This document shows positions 1 to 8,170 of a stretch of DNA of 32,007 bases, in pieces (position 1 is the first letter of the stretch; the number at the start of each line of letters is the position of its first letter). The position numbers and the translations under genes were made by a program. The DNA is from Nocardioides sp. (GTDB lineage: Bacteria; Actinomycetota; Actinomycetes; Propionibacteriales; Nocardioidaceae). Location of the stretch: assembly GCA_041662925.1 (NCBI GenBank), contig JBAZRQ010000001.1, positions 1 to 32,007 of the forward strand, given 5' to 3'. Below the pieces are notes generated by a model. The model worked only from the letters and a program-made list of their open reading frames with translations. It ran no database searches and was not told where the DNA came from.

Positions 1-1298
1 GTGAGGTCCACGTCCAGCCGATGGCCGTCCTGGTGGCGCGCGGGCAGCTCGACCATCTGACCCAGGACCGGTCCTTGACCGGTCTCGCGGTAACGGGCAA
101 GCCCTTCACGATGCCTGGGCACCTGTTCGGGAGGGATGATCAGGCGCTCCAGCAGTTCCCCGACCGCCGAGTCCCGCGACCATCCGAAGATCTTCGTGGC
201 AGCCAGGTTCCAGTCGGTGACTCGTCCCGTCGCGTCCATCGCGATGTACCCGTCAGCCGCCGTGTCGATGACGCGCCTAGCGTGGCGCTCCGAGCCTGCT
301 AAGGCGGCGGCCATGGCGTCCCTTGCCCTCACGGCGTCACTGGCAGCGGCGAAGGCATCTTCAGCGCCGGCACGACGCAGGTCGATGTGGCGCAGCCGCG
401 TGCCCTGCACCCAGACCAGCACAGCACCTGCCACAGCGACCAACGTGGAGAACAACGCGAAGGCGAATCGCGGGTCATAGAGCCCGTGCCGGAGGCCAAG
501 CAGGGTCACACCGCCGCCCACCAGGGGCACCAGAATTGCCGCAGGGAGGAGTCGACGGATGATGACACCACCGGCGGTGTTGCCGGTCAGCAGTCCGACA
601 TAGCCGTCGCCGGCGCGTAGGGCGAGGGCAGCGAGGCTCGCCACCACGACGGCCGTCGCGGTGTGGATGGCCATGCTCGTGAAGGGACCGACCTGGTAGA
701 GCGACTCCACGCCGAAGATGTAGCCGACGATCGCCAGGGCCCCGACGGTGAGTGACACCGCCGCGAAGACCTGGGCCAGCCGAACGGCGTTGCGCGAGAT
801 CAGCAGCACCGTGCCGGCCAGCAGCGCGAGGCTGAACGCGGTCGCCGGGGACATCCGGCCAGGAGTCGATGTCGCCTCAACCTCCTCGTCCAGTCCGAAC
901 GGGTTGTCGAACCCGAGGACCGAGCCGGTGGCGTACTCGAGCAACGTGAGTCCGGCAAGAAGCCCCACGAGAACAGCGAGAGTGGCGGCGACGACCGGCC
1001 GCGCCCGCCGAACCGGACCCGAGGTGGTCAGGAACAAGGCAGCCCCGATGGCTGTGAAGCTCGCTGCGGTGTTCACCTTCATCGTCACCAGCCCCGGGGA
1101 AACCCGGGTCAGGATGTCGACCTGGAACGCCCAGCCGAACAGGACCACCAGACCCGTAGCCGACACGATGAGCGCTCCGACCCCGCCAGCCCGTGACAGC
1201 CGTCGCACCAAGGTCTCCTGCGGCAGGCTGGCACCGGTCCGGACCGCGACCGCGACCGCGAGCACGCCCTCGTCCTCGTCCTCGCTTCGCGGGCTCAC
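1..1298 (-). CDS. Membrane-bound PAS-domain sensor protein (histidine kinase or GGDEF/EAL type); C-terminus beyond left edge
   Basis: Manual minus-strand translation, not in ORF track because it runs off the edge. Multi-TM N-terminus with 'LFGWAFQVDILTRVSPGLVTMKVNTAASF', then PAS 'DGYIAMDATGRVTDWNLAATKIFGWSRDSAVGELLERLIIPP...ARHQDGHRLDVDL'. Start (GTG 1298) uncertain. Confidence 0.8.
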   Translation of the reverse strand, partial: MSPRSEDEDEGVLAVAVAVRTGASLPQETLVRRLSRAGGVGALIVSATGLVVLFGWAFQVDILTRVSPGLVTMKVNTAASFTAIGAALFLTTSGPVRRARPVVAATLAVLVGLLAGLTLLEYATGSVLGFDNPFGLDEEVEATSTPGRMSPATAFSLALLAGTVLLISRNAVRLAQVFAAVSLTVGALAIVGYIFGVESLYQVGPFTSMAIHTATAVVVASLAALALRAGDGYVGLLTGNTAGGVIIRRLLPAAILVPLVGGGVTLLGLRHGLYDPRFAFALFSTLVAVAGAVLVWVQGTRLRHIDLRRAGAEDAFAAASDAVRARDAMAAALAGSERHARRVIDTAADGYIAMDATGRVTDWNLAATKIFGWSRDSAVGELLERLIIPPEQVPRHREGLARYRETGQGPVLGQMVELPARHQDGHRLDVDL

Positions 1299-1454
1299 CC
1301 CCCACCCGCCCTCGACCGGGACTCCATGGGGCAAGCATGTCACCCGCGGCGGCGTGCGTTCTGTGTTCTCCAAGGAACGTGCGGCCCCAGCACTTGCGTT
1401 TCCGAAGGGCCCCGCCCGCGGCCTGCCCAACAGGTGCCGCAACTTACCAGTCGT

Positions 1455-1489
1455 TACTGTTGAAGACAGTCAACATTGGTGCAACAGTA
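1455..1489. promoter_or_regulatory. Putative ArsR operator/promoter
   Basis: AT-rich patch directly before arsR ATG. Nested inverted repeats TACTGTTG (1455-1462)/CAACAGTA (1482-1489) and TGTTGA (1458-1463)/TCAACA (1470-1475). Confidence 0.6.
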
Positions 1490-1494
1490 GAGGC

Positions 1495-1824
1495 ATGCCC
1501 GCTCGCACCCCACTGCCTCCCGCCGCCCGGGCCAGCCAGATCGCCCCGGTGCTCAAGGCGCTCTCCGACGAGAACCGCCTGACGATCCTGCTCGCCGTCG
1601 CCGACCGGGAGTCATCGGTGACCGAGCTGGTCGCCACGACCGGCCTGGGCCAGACCCTGGTCAGCCACCACCTGAAGAGCCTTCGGGACGCCGGCCTGGT
1701 GACCGCCACCCCCGTCGGTCGCAGCAACGTCTATGCCCTGTGCTGCGAGGCGATGGCCGAGCCGATCGCGCTGCTCTCGACCCTTGCCGGCACCTCCCAA
1801 TGTCCGCCGAGCCACAACGCCTGA
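1495..1824 (+). CDS. arsR: ArsR/SmtB family transcriptional repressor
   Basis: LKALSDENRLTIL...SVTEL...QTLVSHHLKSLRDAGLV winged-HTH signature; Cys83-Cys84 and Cys103; heads the ars operon. ATG 1495 chosen over the spurious 748 extension. Confidence 0.9.
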   Translation: MPARTPLPPAARASQIAPVLKALSDENRLTILLAVADRESSVTELVATTGLGQTLVSHHLKSLRDAGLVTATPVGRSNVYALCCEAMAEPIALLSTLAGTSQCPPSHNA

Positions 1825-1843
1825 CCTGAACGAGAGGACCACC

Positions 1844-3091
1844 ATGTCCGCGCACGAGCCCCACCAGATCCGCACCGCGGTGCAGGAGCGCTACGCCGAG
1901 GCCGCCCGGAGCTCCTCATGCTGCGGGCCGGCCTCCTGCGGTTCCTCGGACGACAGCGATCCGTTCGGTCAGTCCCAGTACGACGCCGCCGCCCGCGGCG
2001 CGCTCCCCGAGGAGGCCGTGGTCGCCTCGCTGGGGTGCGGCAACCCCACGGCCCTGGCGGACCTGCGTCCTGGCGACGTCGTCCTCGACCTGGGCTCCGG
2101 CGGCGGCATCGACGTCCTTCTGTCGGCCCGCCGCGTCGCGCCCGGCGGCAAGGCCTACGGCCTCGACATGACCCCCGAGATGCTCGAGCTCGCCAACGCC
2201 AACGTGGCCAGGGCCGGCGTCGACAACGTCGAGTTCCTCCTCGGCAGCATCGAGGACATCCCGCTACCGGACAGCTCGGTCGACGTCATCATCTCCAACT
2301 GCGTCGTCAACCTGTCCGCAGACAAGGGCCAGGTCTTCCGCGAGGCCTTCCGGGTGCTGCGTCCCGGAGGACGGCTCGCGATCTCCGACGTCGTCCTCTC
2401 CCGCCCGCTCTCGGCCGACCTCACCTCGGTCATGGCCCTGTGGACGGGGTGCATCGCCGGCGCCCTCACCGAGGACGAGTGCGCACAGCTCCTGAGCAGC
2501 GCCGGGTTCGACGACGTCAGCATCGAGCCCACCAACGTCTTCGGTCGCCCCGAGCTCGAGGGGCTCGTCAACGGGCTCTCCCCCGAGGACCTCGACCCGG
2601 GGCTCGACATCGAGGCCACCATCACCGAGTTCGACGGCGTGATCCGCAGCGCCTCGATCCGCGCCACGAAGCCCGGCGTACCCCTCACGAAGGAGACCCA
2701 CGTGCCCGTGATCCGCGTCTACGAGCCCGCCCTGTGCTGCAACACAGGCGTGTGCGGCCCCGACCTCGACCAGAGCCTCGTCGACTTCACCGCCGACCTC
2801 AACCACCTGGCCGAGCGCGGCGCGGACATCGCGCGACACAACCTCGCCAACGACCCCGGAGCGTTCACGACCGAGGAGCCCGTACGCACGTTCCTGCGCG
2901 TGGCAGGCTCCGAGGGGTTGCCGCTGACGACGGTCGACGGCGTGACCGTGATGACCGGGACCTATCCCACGCGCGAGCAGCTGACCCGCTTCGCAGCCCT
3001 GGCCGAGGAGCCGGCGGCCGTCCCCGCCGGGGTCACCGAGCTGGGTCTCACCGACAGCAGCGGAGGCTGCGGCCCGTCCGGCTGCTGCTGA
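1844..3091 (+). CDS. arsM: Arsenite S-adenosylmethionine methyltransferase ArsM fused in-frame to arsenic metallochaperone ArsD
   Basis: ArsM motifs [44 protein letters not shown], then no stop, then ArsD motif [13 protein letters not shown]...RHNLANDP...LPLTTVDG...GTYPTRE and C-terminal GCC. RBS GAGAGG before ATG 1844. Confidence 0.92.
   Translation: MSAHEPHQIRTAVQERYAEAARSSSCCGPASCGSSDDSDPFGQSQYDAAARGALPEEAVVASLGCGNPTALADLRPGDVVLDLGSGGGIDVLLSARRVAPGGKAYGLDMTPEMLELANANVARAGVDNVEFLLGSIEDIPLPDSSVDVIISNCVVNLSADKGQVFREAFRVLRPGGRLAISDVVLSRPLSADLTSVMALWTGCIAGALTEDECAQLLSSAGFDDVSIEPTNVFGRPELEGLVNGLSPEDLDPGLDIEATITEFDGVIRSASIRATKPGVPLTKETHVPVIRVYEPALCCNTGVCGPDLDQSLVDFTADLNHLAERGADIARHNLANDPGAFTTEEPVRTFLRVAGSEGLPLTTVDGVTVMTGTYPTREQLTRFAALAEEPAAVPAGVTELGLTDSSGGCGPSGCC
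2702..3091 (+). CDS. arsD: ArsD metallochaperone domain, possibly also translated on its own from an internal start
   Basis: AAGGAG (2690-2695) lies 6 nt before in-frame GTG 2702, at the point where stand-alone ArsD would begin ([18 protein letters not shown]). Confidence 0.7.
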   Translation: MPVIRVYEPALCCNTGVCGPDLDQSLVDFTADLNHLAERGADIARHNLANDPGAFTTEEPVRTFLRVAGSEGLPLTTVDGVTVMTGTYPTREQLTRFAALAEEPAAVPAGVTELGLTDSSGGCGPSGCC

Positions 3092-3097
3092 CCTGCC

Positions 3098-4897
3098 ATG
3101 CGATTCCTCGACAACCCCCCGCACTTCCTGTTCTTCACCGGCAAGGGCGGCGTGGGCAAGACCTCCGTGGCCTGCGCCACCGCCGTCGCCCTGGCCGAGC
3201 AGGGCAGGCGGGTGCTCCTGGTCAGCACCGACCCGGCCTCCAACGTGGCCCAGGTCCTCGGCGTCAGCATCGGGAACACCATCATCGCGATCCCCCAGGT
3301 CCCCGGCCTGGACGCCCTGGAGATCGACCCGGAGGAAGCAGCCGAGGCCTACCGCGAGCGGATCGTCGGACCGGTCCGCGGCCTCCTCCCCGAGAAGGAG
3401 ATCGCCTCCATCACCGAGCAGCTCTCCGGCTCCTGCACCACCGAGGTCGCGTCGTTCAACGAGTTCACCGCGCTCCTCGCACAGCCCACCGTCTCCGGCG
3501 GCTACGAGCACGTCGTGTTCGACACCGCCCCCACCGGCCACACCGTCCGCCTGCTTCAGCTCCCCGGCTCCTGGACCGACTTCCTCGAAGCCGGCAAGGG
3601 CGACGCCTCCTGCCTCGGGCCGCTCGCCGGCCTGGAGAAGCAGCGTTCGACGTACGCCGATGCCGTGAGCGCCCTCAAGGACCCCGGCCGCACGCGCCTC
3701 GTGCTCGTCGCCCGCGCCCAGAGCTCCTCACTGGCCGAGATCGACCGGACGAACCGTGAGCTCGGCCAGATCGGCATCCACGCGACCCACGTCATCGTCA
3801 ACGGCGTCCTGCCCGCTCAGGCTGGTGACGAGGACCTTGCCCAGGCCGTCCGCGCTCGCGAGGCAGCCGCGCTCGGCGCGATCCCTGTCGGAGTCCGTGC
3901 GCTGCCTCGTGACGTGATCGAGCTACGCCCCTCGAACATGCTCGGGCTGTCCGCCCTGCGCTCGCTGCTCACGCCATCGCCGATAGGCCTCGACCCGGTT
4001 GACCACGACATCTGGGACATCTGGGACACCTGGGACACCAGGGACACCTCGTCGCTCCCCGGCACCCTGAGCGCCCTCGTCCGTGACATCGAGGAGGACG
4101 AGCACGGCCTCGTGCTGTGCATGGGGAAGGGCGGCGTCGGCAAGACCACCGTCGCCGCCGCCATCGCGGTGGCGCTGGCACGACGCGGGCACTCGGTGCA
4201 CCTCACGACCACCGATCCCGCCGCGCACCTGCAGGAGACGCTCGACGGCACGGTCGACGGACTGCGGGTCTCGCGCATCGACCCCGTGCAGGCCACTGCG
4301 GAGTACCGCGACCGCGTCATGGCCACGAAGGGCGCGAAGCTCGACGATGCCGGTCGGGCCAACCTCACGGAGGACCTGCTCTCACCGTGCACCGAAGAGG
4401 TCGCGGTCTTCCAGCAGTTCTCCAAAGCCGTCCACGAGTCGCGCCGCGAGTTCGTGGTCGTCGACACCGCACCGACCGGTCACACCCTCTTGCTGCTGGA
4501 CGCGGCCGGCTCCTACCACCGCGACGTGCTGCGACAGCTGGGCGAGACGGCACGCCTCACCACTCCCTTGATGCGACTGCAGGACCCCCGGCAGACCAAG
4601 GTCATCCTGGTGACCCTGGCCGAGCCGACTCCGGTAGCCGAGGCCGAGGGCCTTCAGCAGGACCTCGAACGCGCCGGCATCCACCCCTGGGCGTGGGTCG
4701 TCAACAACTCGATCCTCGCGGCCCGCCCGGAGTCGCCGTTCCTTCGCACCCGCGCCCTCGGGGAGGCGGAGCAGATCGGCGTTGTGCAGCGCCTGTCGGA
4801 CCGGGCAGCCATCGTCCCCCTCCTGGCTCACGAACCGGTCGGCGAGCAGCGTCTCGCGGCGCTGGTCGAGGGAGGCGTCGCAGAACCGGTTGGCTGA
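3098..4897 (+). CDS. arsA: Arsenical pump-driving ATPase ArsA
   Basis: Two GKGGVGKT P-loops, two DTAPTGH motifs, metalloid-binding Cys in GSCTTE, ASCLG and SPCTEE. Confidence 0.95.
   Translation: MRFLDNPPHFLFFTGKGGVGKTSVACATAVALAEQGRRVLLVSTDPASNVAQVLGVSIGNTIIAIPQVPGLDALEIDPEEAAEAYRERIVGPVRGLLPEKEIASITEQLSGSCTTEVASFNEFTALLAQPTVSGGYEHVVFDTAPTGHTVRLLQLPGSWTDFLEAGKGDASCLGPLAGLEKQRSTYADAVSALKDPGRTRLVLVARAQSSSLAEIDRTNRELGQIGIHATHVIVNGVLPAQAGDEDLAQAVRAREAAALGAIPVGVRALPRDVIELRPSNMLGLSALRSLLTPSPIGLDPVDHDIWDIWDTWDTRDTSSLPGTLSALVRDIEEDEHGLVLCMGKGGVGKTTVAAAIAVALARRGHSVHLTTTDPAAHLQETLDGTVDGLRVSRIDPVQATAEYRDRVMATKGAKLDDAGRANLTEDLLSPCTEEVAVFQQFSKAVHESRREFVVVDTAPTGHTLLLLDAAGSYHRDVLRQLGETARLTTPLMRLQDPRQTKVILVTLAEPTPVAEAEGLQQDLERAGIHPWAWVVNNSILAARPESPFLRTRALGEAEQIGVVQRLSDRAAIVPLLAHEPVGEQRLAALVEGGVAEPVG
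4007..4048 (+). repeat. 9-bp in-frame tandem repeat in the ArsA A1-A2 linker
   Basis: GACATCTGG GACATCTGG GACACCTGG GACACCAGG GACACC, encoding DIW-DIW-DTW-DTR-DT. Confidence 0.85.
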
Positions 4898-4916
4898 CCG
4901 GATCAGCGCGACTCGC

Positions 4917-5531
4917 TCATCGAGCGGCCGGGCGCAGGGCCGGGGCCACCCACCGCTGCAGGTAGCCCCGCAGCTCCTCACCGGAGCGCTCGGGGACGCC
5001 GGGATCGAGGATCAGCGACTGCAGGGTCCGGAGCAGGTGCTCGACCAGCTCGCGCTGGCGGTCGGCGTCCAGCCCGGCGGCGTCCCAGTCGACGGGGAAG
5101 CCGGCCAGCAGGGAGCGCCCGAGCGCGATCGAGGACGGCGCGGTCAGTCCCGCCAGCGTCCGGCTCATCCGCCCGGGCGCGATCAGCCGGTTGAGGGCCG
5201 GGTCGTCGCGCAGGTGCTCATGGACGTAGGCCACGACCTCGACCACGGCGTCGCCGGCGTCGCCGCCGGTCGCCTCGAGGTGGCGTCGTACATGCTCGAC
5301 GAGGCCGGCCTCGAGCTCGGTGACCGCCTCGAGGGCGGCCGCGTCCAAGAGGTCCTCGGTGCTGTGGAAGTAGCGGTAGATGGTCTGCCGGGTGACGCCG
5401 AGGACACCGGCGACCTCGGAGGTCCCGGTCGTGCCGGTCGCCTTCAGGCACGCCCGCACGGCCGCCAGGATCCGGCTCCGCGCCTCGGTGTCGTCGGCGG
5501 GCGGCTGCCCGCCCCACCCATGCGTCCGCAA
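4917..5531 (-). CDS. TetR/AcrR family transcriptional regulator
   Basis: RSRILAAVRACL...TSEVAGVLGVTRQTIYRYF HTH; TTG start at 5531 preceded by AAGGAGG. Confidence 0.9.
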   Translation of the reverse strand: MRTHGWGGQPPADDTEARSRILAAVRACLKATGTTGTSEVAGVLGVTRQTIYRYFHSTEDLLDAAALEAVTELEAGLVEHVRRHLEATGGDAGDAVVEVVAYVHEHLRDDPALNRLIAPGRMSRTLAGLTAPSSIALGRSLLAGFPVDWDAAGLDADRQRELVEHLLRTLQSLILDPGVPERSGEELRGYLQRWVAPALRPAAR

Positions 5532-5548
5532 TGTCCCACCTCCTTGAC

Positions 5549-5600
5549 GACCATACACTTCCATGATTCTGTTCATACACATTCTCTGATCTGTATGGTC
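5549..5600. promoter_or_regulatory. Putative TetR operator(s) in divergent promoter
   Basis: GACCATACA (5549-5557)/TGTATGGTC (5592-5600) inverted repeat; CATACAC direct repeat 22 bp apart; CATACA-N12-TGTATG at 5574-5597. Confidence 0.6.
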
Positions 5601-5618
5601 ATGGCAAAGGAGCCCCAC

Positions 5619-6863
5619 ATGCTCAGGTCCGACCCGATCCCGGCCGGTTTCGACTTCACCGACCCCGACGTCAACCTGGTGGGTGTCCCCCACGTGGAGC
5701 TCCTCGCCCTGCGCCGCAGCGCGCCGGTGTTCTGGGTCGAGCAGGCGCCCGAGGCGCGAGCCGGCATGGAGGGCGGCACCGGCTACTGGGCGGTGAGCAA
5801 GCATGCCGACGTCGCGGCGGTCTCGAAGAACAGCAAGGTCTTCTCGAGCCGGGAGAACGGCGTCATCATCCGGCTGCCCGAGACGGCCACCCGCGACTCG
5901 GTCGAGATGACCCGCGTCGTGATCATCAACCAGGACGCCCCCGAGCACACCCAGACCCGCTCGATCATCTCGCGCGGCTTCACCCCACGGGCGATCAGCG
6001 CCCTCGACGAGATCATGCGGGAGCGGGCCCGTCGGATCGTCACCGACGCCGTCGCCCAGGGCAGCGGCAACTTCGTCGACCAGGTGGCCGCCGAGCTGCC
6101 GCTCGAGACGATCGCCGACATGCTCGGCGTACCACCCGAGGACCGGCGCCAGCTCTTCGACTGGACCAACCAGATGACGGCCTCCGACGACCCCGACTTC
6201 GCCGGCGACCCGGAGGCGGCGTCCACCGAGGTGCTCATGTACGCCATGGGCCTGGCCGCCGAGCGCCAGGCCAACCCCCGCGACGACATCGTCACCAAAC
6301 TGATCAATGCCGACAAGGACGGCCGCGGCCTGACCGACGACGAGTTCGGGTTCTTCGTCATCGCCCTGGCCGTCGCCGGCAATGAGACGACCCGCAACGC
6401 CATCACCCACGGCATGAACGCGTTCTTCGACAACCCCGACCAGTGGGAGCTGTGGAAGCGCGAGCGCCCCGAGACCATGGTCGACGAGGTGGTCCGCTGG
6501 GCCACCCCCGTCACGTCCTTCCAGCGCACCGCGCTGGAGGACGTCGAGCTCGGGGGGACCCAGATCCGCGCCGGCCAGCGCGTGGGCCTCTTCTACGCCA
6601 GCGCCAACCACGACGACGAGGTCTTCACCGACCCGTTCACGTTCGACATCACCCGCTCCCCCAACCCGCACCTGGCCTTCGGCGGTCACGGCGCGCACTA
6701 CTGCATCGGCGCCAACCTGGCCCGCCTCGAGATCCGGCACCTCTTCGACGCCCTCGCCGACCTCGCGCCCGACATCAGCCGGACCGGCGACCACGCTCGG
6801 CTGCGCTCGGGCTGGATCAACGGGATCAAGAGCCTGCCGGTGCAGTACGCCCCGGGCTCCTGA
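5619..6863 (+). CDS. Cytochrome P450, CYP125-like steroid C26/C27 monooxygenase
   Basis: GFDFTDPD N-terminus, AGNETTRN I-helix, EVVR (ExxR), FGGHGAHYCIG heme motif; AAGGAG before ATG 5619. Confidence 0.88.
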   Translation: MLRSDPIPAGFDFTDPDVNLVGVPHVELLALRRSAPVFWVEQAPEARAGMEGGTGYWAVSKHADVAAVSKNSKVFSSRENGVIIRLPETATRDSVEMTRVVIINQDAPEHTQTRSIISRGFTPRAISALDEIMRERARRIVTDAVAQGSGNFVDQVAAELPLETIADMLGVPPEDRRQLFDWTNQMTASDDPDFAGDPEAASTEVLMYAMGLAAERQANPRDDIVTKLINADKDGRGLTDDEFGFFVIALAVAGNETTRNAITHGMNAFFDNPDQWELWKRERPETMVDEVVRWATPVTSFQRTALEDVELGGTQIRAGQRVGLFYASANHDDEVFTDPFTFDITRSPNPHLAFGGHGAHYCIGANLARLEIRHLFDALADLAPDISRTGDHARLRSGWINGIKSLPVQYAPGS

Positions 6864-6868
6864 TCGCG

Positions 6869-8170
6869 CTAGTCCCGGCGGCGGGCCAGCACCGGCCGCA
6901 GGAGCATCGCGACCACGAGCGCGCCGCCGGCCAGCAGCCCCCACCACACCGCGTTGCGCTTGGTGCTGGCGAGCACGTCAGCCTTCGGCGTCGGCGCCTC
7001 TGCCCGCTCGTTGCCCTGGTCGACGATGCGGGAGCCGGGACCGTCACCCTTGCTCGGGAGCGGGCGCTCCAGCGCCTCCACAGGCTGTACGACGCCGTGG
7101 CCGGTGAGCGTGGTCGTCGCCCTCGGTGAGCCGGTGGCCGTGCGCAGCAGTCGATCGACGATCTGCCCCGCGCTCTCGTCGGGGTAGTAGGACCGCAGCA
7201 GCGCGACGACTCCCGACACCTCGGCGGTCGCCCAGGCGGTCGACACCTCGGGGAGCACGCACGTGCTCTTGCCGTCCATGCCGACCGAGACCGCGTCGGC
7301 CGTCGGGGCGGCGACATCGGTCGCCGAGCTGCGCAGGACCGTGTCGGCGGCGTCGCCCGGCACCACTTCGTCCTCCACCAGCACCGTCGCACTGGCGTTG
7401 ACGCCGACGACGTTGGGGCCGCTGGCCGGCCAGATCACCTTGCGGGCGTCCTCGCCGTGCGGCGGCTCCCCGCCGTCGTAGCCGAACTCCGCGTAGAGCT
7501 GGTCCCCCTCCTCGGGGCGGTCGCCGGTCGCGGCCACGACCACGATGTCCTTCTTGGCCAGGTCGGCGAGCACGTCGTCGAGCTCGGGACCCATCTCCTC
7601 GCTGTGGCGCACGGCCACCGAGACGTTGACGACGTGGATCAGCCCGCGGGGCTGTTCGGCGATGTAGCGCAGGCCCTCGAGGAGTGCCTCCGCGCTGGGC
7701 TCCGCCTCGGTGGACGGGTCGTCGGGCCGGAGCCGGTCGTAGACCCGGACGTCCACGATCATGGCGCCGGGGGCGATACCGATCGGCTGCTCGGGAGTGC
7801 CCATCCCGGCGATCAGGCCGGCCACGGCGGTGCCCTGCATCTCGAGCAGCTTGTCGGACTTGGAGAAGGAGTCGCCCGGGAACACCTGCATCAGGCTCGA
7901 CTCGGCCACGCCGGAGTCGAGCACGGCGACCGCGACCCCCTCCCCGGGCACCTTCCCGGTCTCGGCGGCGACCCTGCGCTGCGCCTCGGCGACCTGCATC
8001 AGCTGTACCGGCGACCCGGTCCGCTCCGCGGTCGCCGTGTCCTCGTTCTCGACACGGATCCCGCTGCAGTCCTGGTCGACGGCGTGCGCGGGCGCTCCGC
8101 CGGCGAAGACCAGGGTGCCGGCCGTCAGGCAGCAGGCGAGGACCGCGCGCGGTGCGAGGGTCACTCGCAC
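6869..8170 (-). CDS. mycP: Mycosin-like S8 subtilase of T7SS, apparently catalytically degenerate
   Basis: Signal peptide, VAVLDSGV, QGTAVAGLIAG, GIAPGA, GHGVVQPVEAL, C-terminal TM plus basic tail; overlaps eccB end. Start could be GTG 8164. Confidence 0.85.
   Translation of the reverse strand: MRVTLAPRAVLACCLTAGTLVFAGGAPAHAVDQDCSGIRVENEDTATAERTGSPVQLMQVAEAQRRVAAETGKVPGEGVAVAVLDSGVAESSLMQVFPGDSFSKSDKLLEMQGTAVAGLIAGMGTPEQPIGIAPGAMIVDVRVYDRLRPDDPSTEAEPSAEALLEGLRYIAEQPRGLIHVVNVSVAVRHSEEMGPELDDVLADLAKKDIVVVAATGDRPEEGDQLYAEFGYDGGEPPHGEDARKVIWPASGPNVVGVNASATVLVEDEVVPGDAADTVLRSSATDVAAPTADAVSVGMDGKSTCVLPEVSTAWATAEVSGVVALLRSYYPDESAGQIVDRLLRTATGSPRATTTLTGHGVVQPVEALERPLPSKGDGPGSRIVDQGNERAEAPTPKADVLASTKRNAVWWGLLAGGALVVAMLLRPVLARRRD

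Noticed and set aside
748-1494. N-terminal extension of ArsR (358-aa ORF)
   Set aside because: Antisense to the PAS sensor gene; ArsR homology begins at ATG 1495.
4007-4048. Possible mini-CRISPR
   Set aside because: 9-bp contiguous units without spacers, in-frame within arsA, no cas genes.
4782-6947. Mutually overlapping long TetR and P450 ORFs
   Set aside because: Each extension is the other's antisense; both genes have their own RBS and start (5531, 5619).
6869-8170. mycP as a pseudogene or sedolisin
   Set aside because: The ORF is intact with signal peptide and TM anchor, and it lacks the sedolisin ExxxD and GTS motifs.
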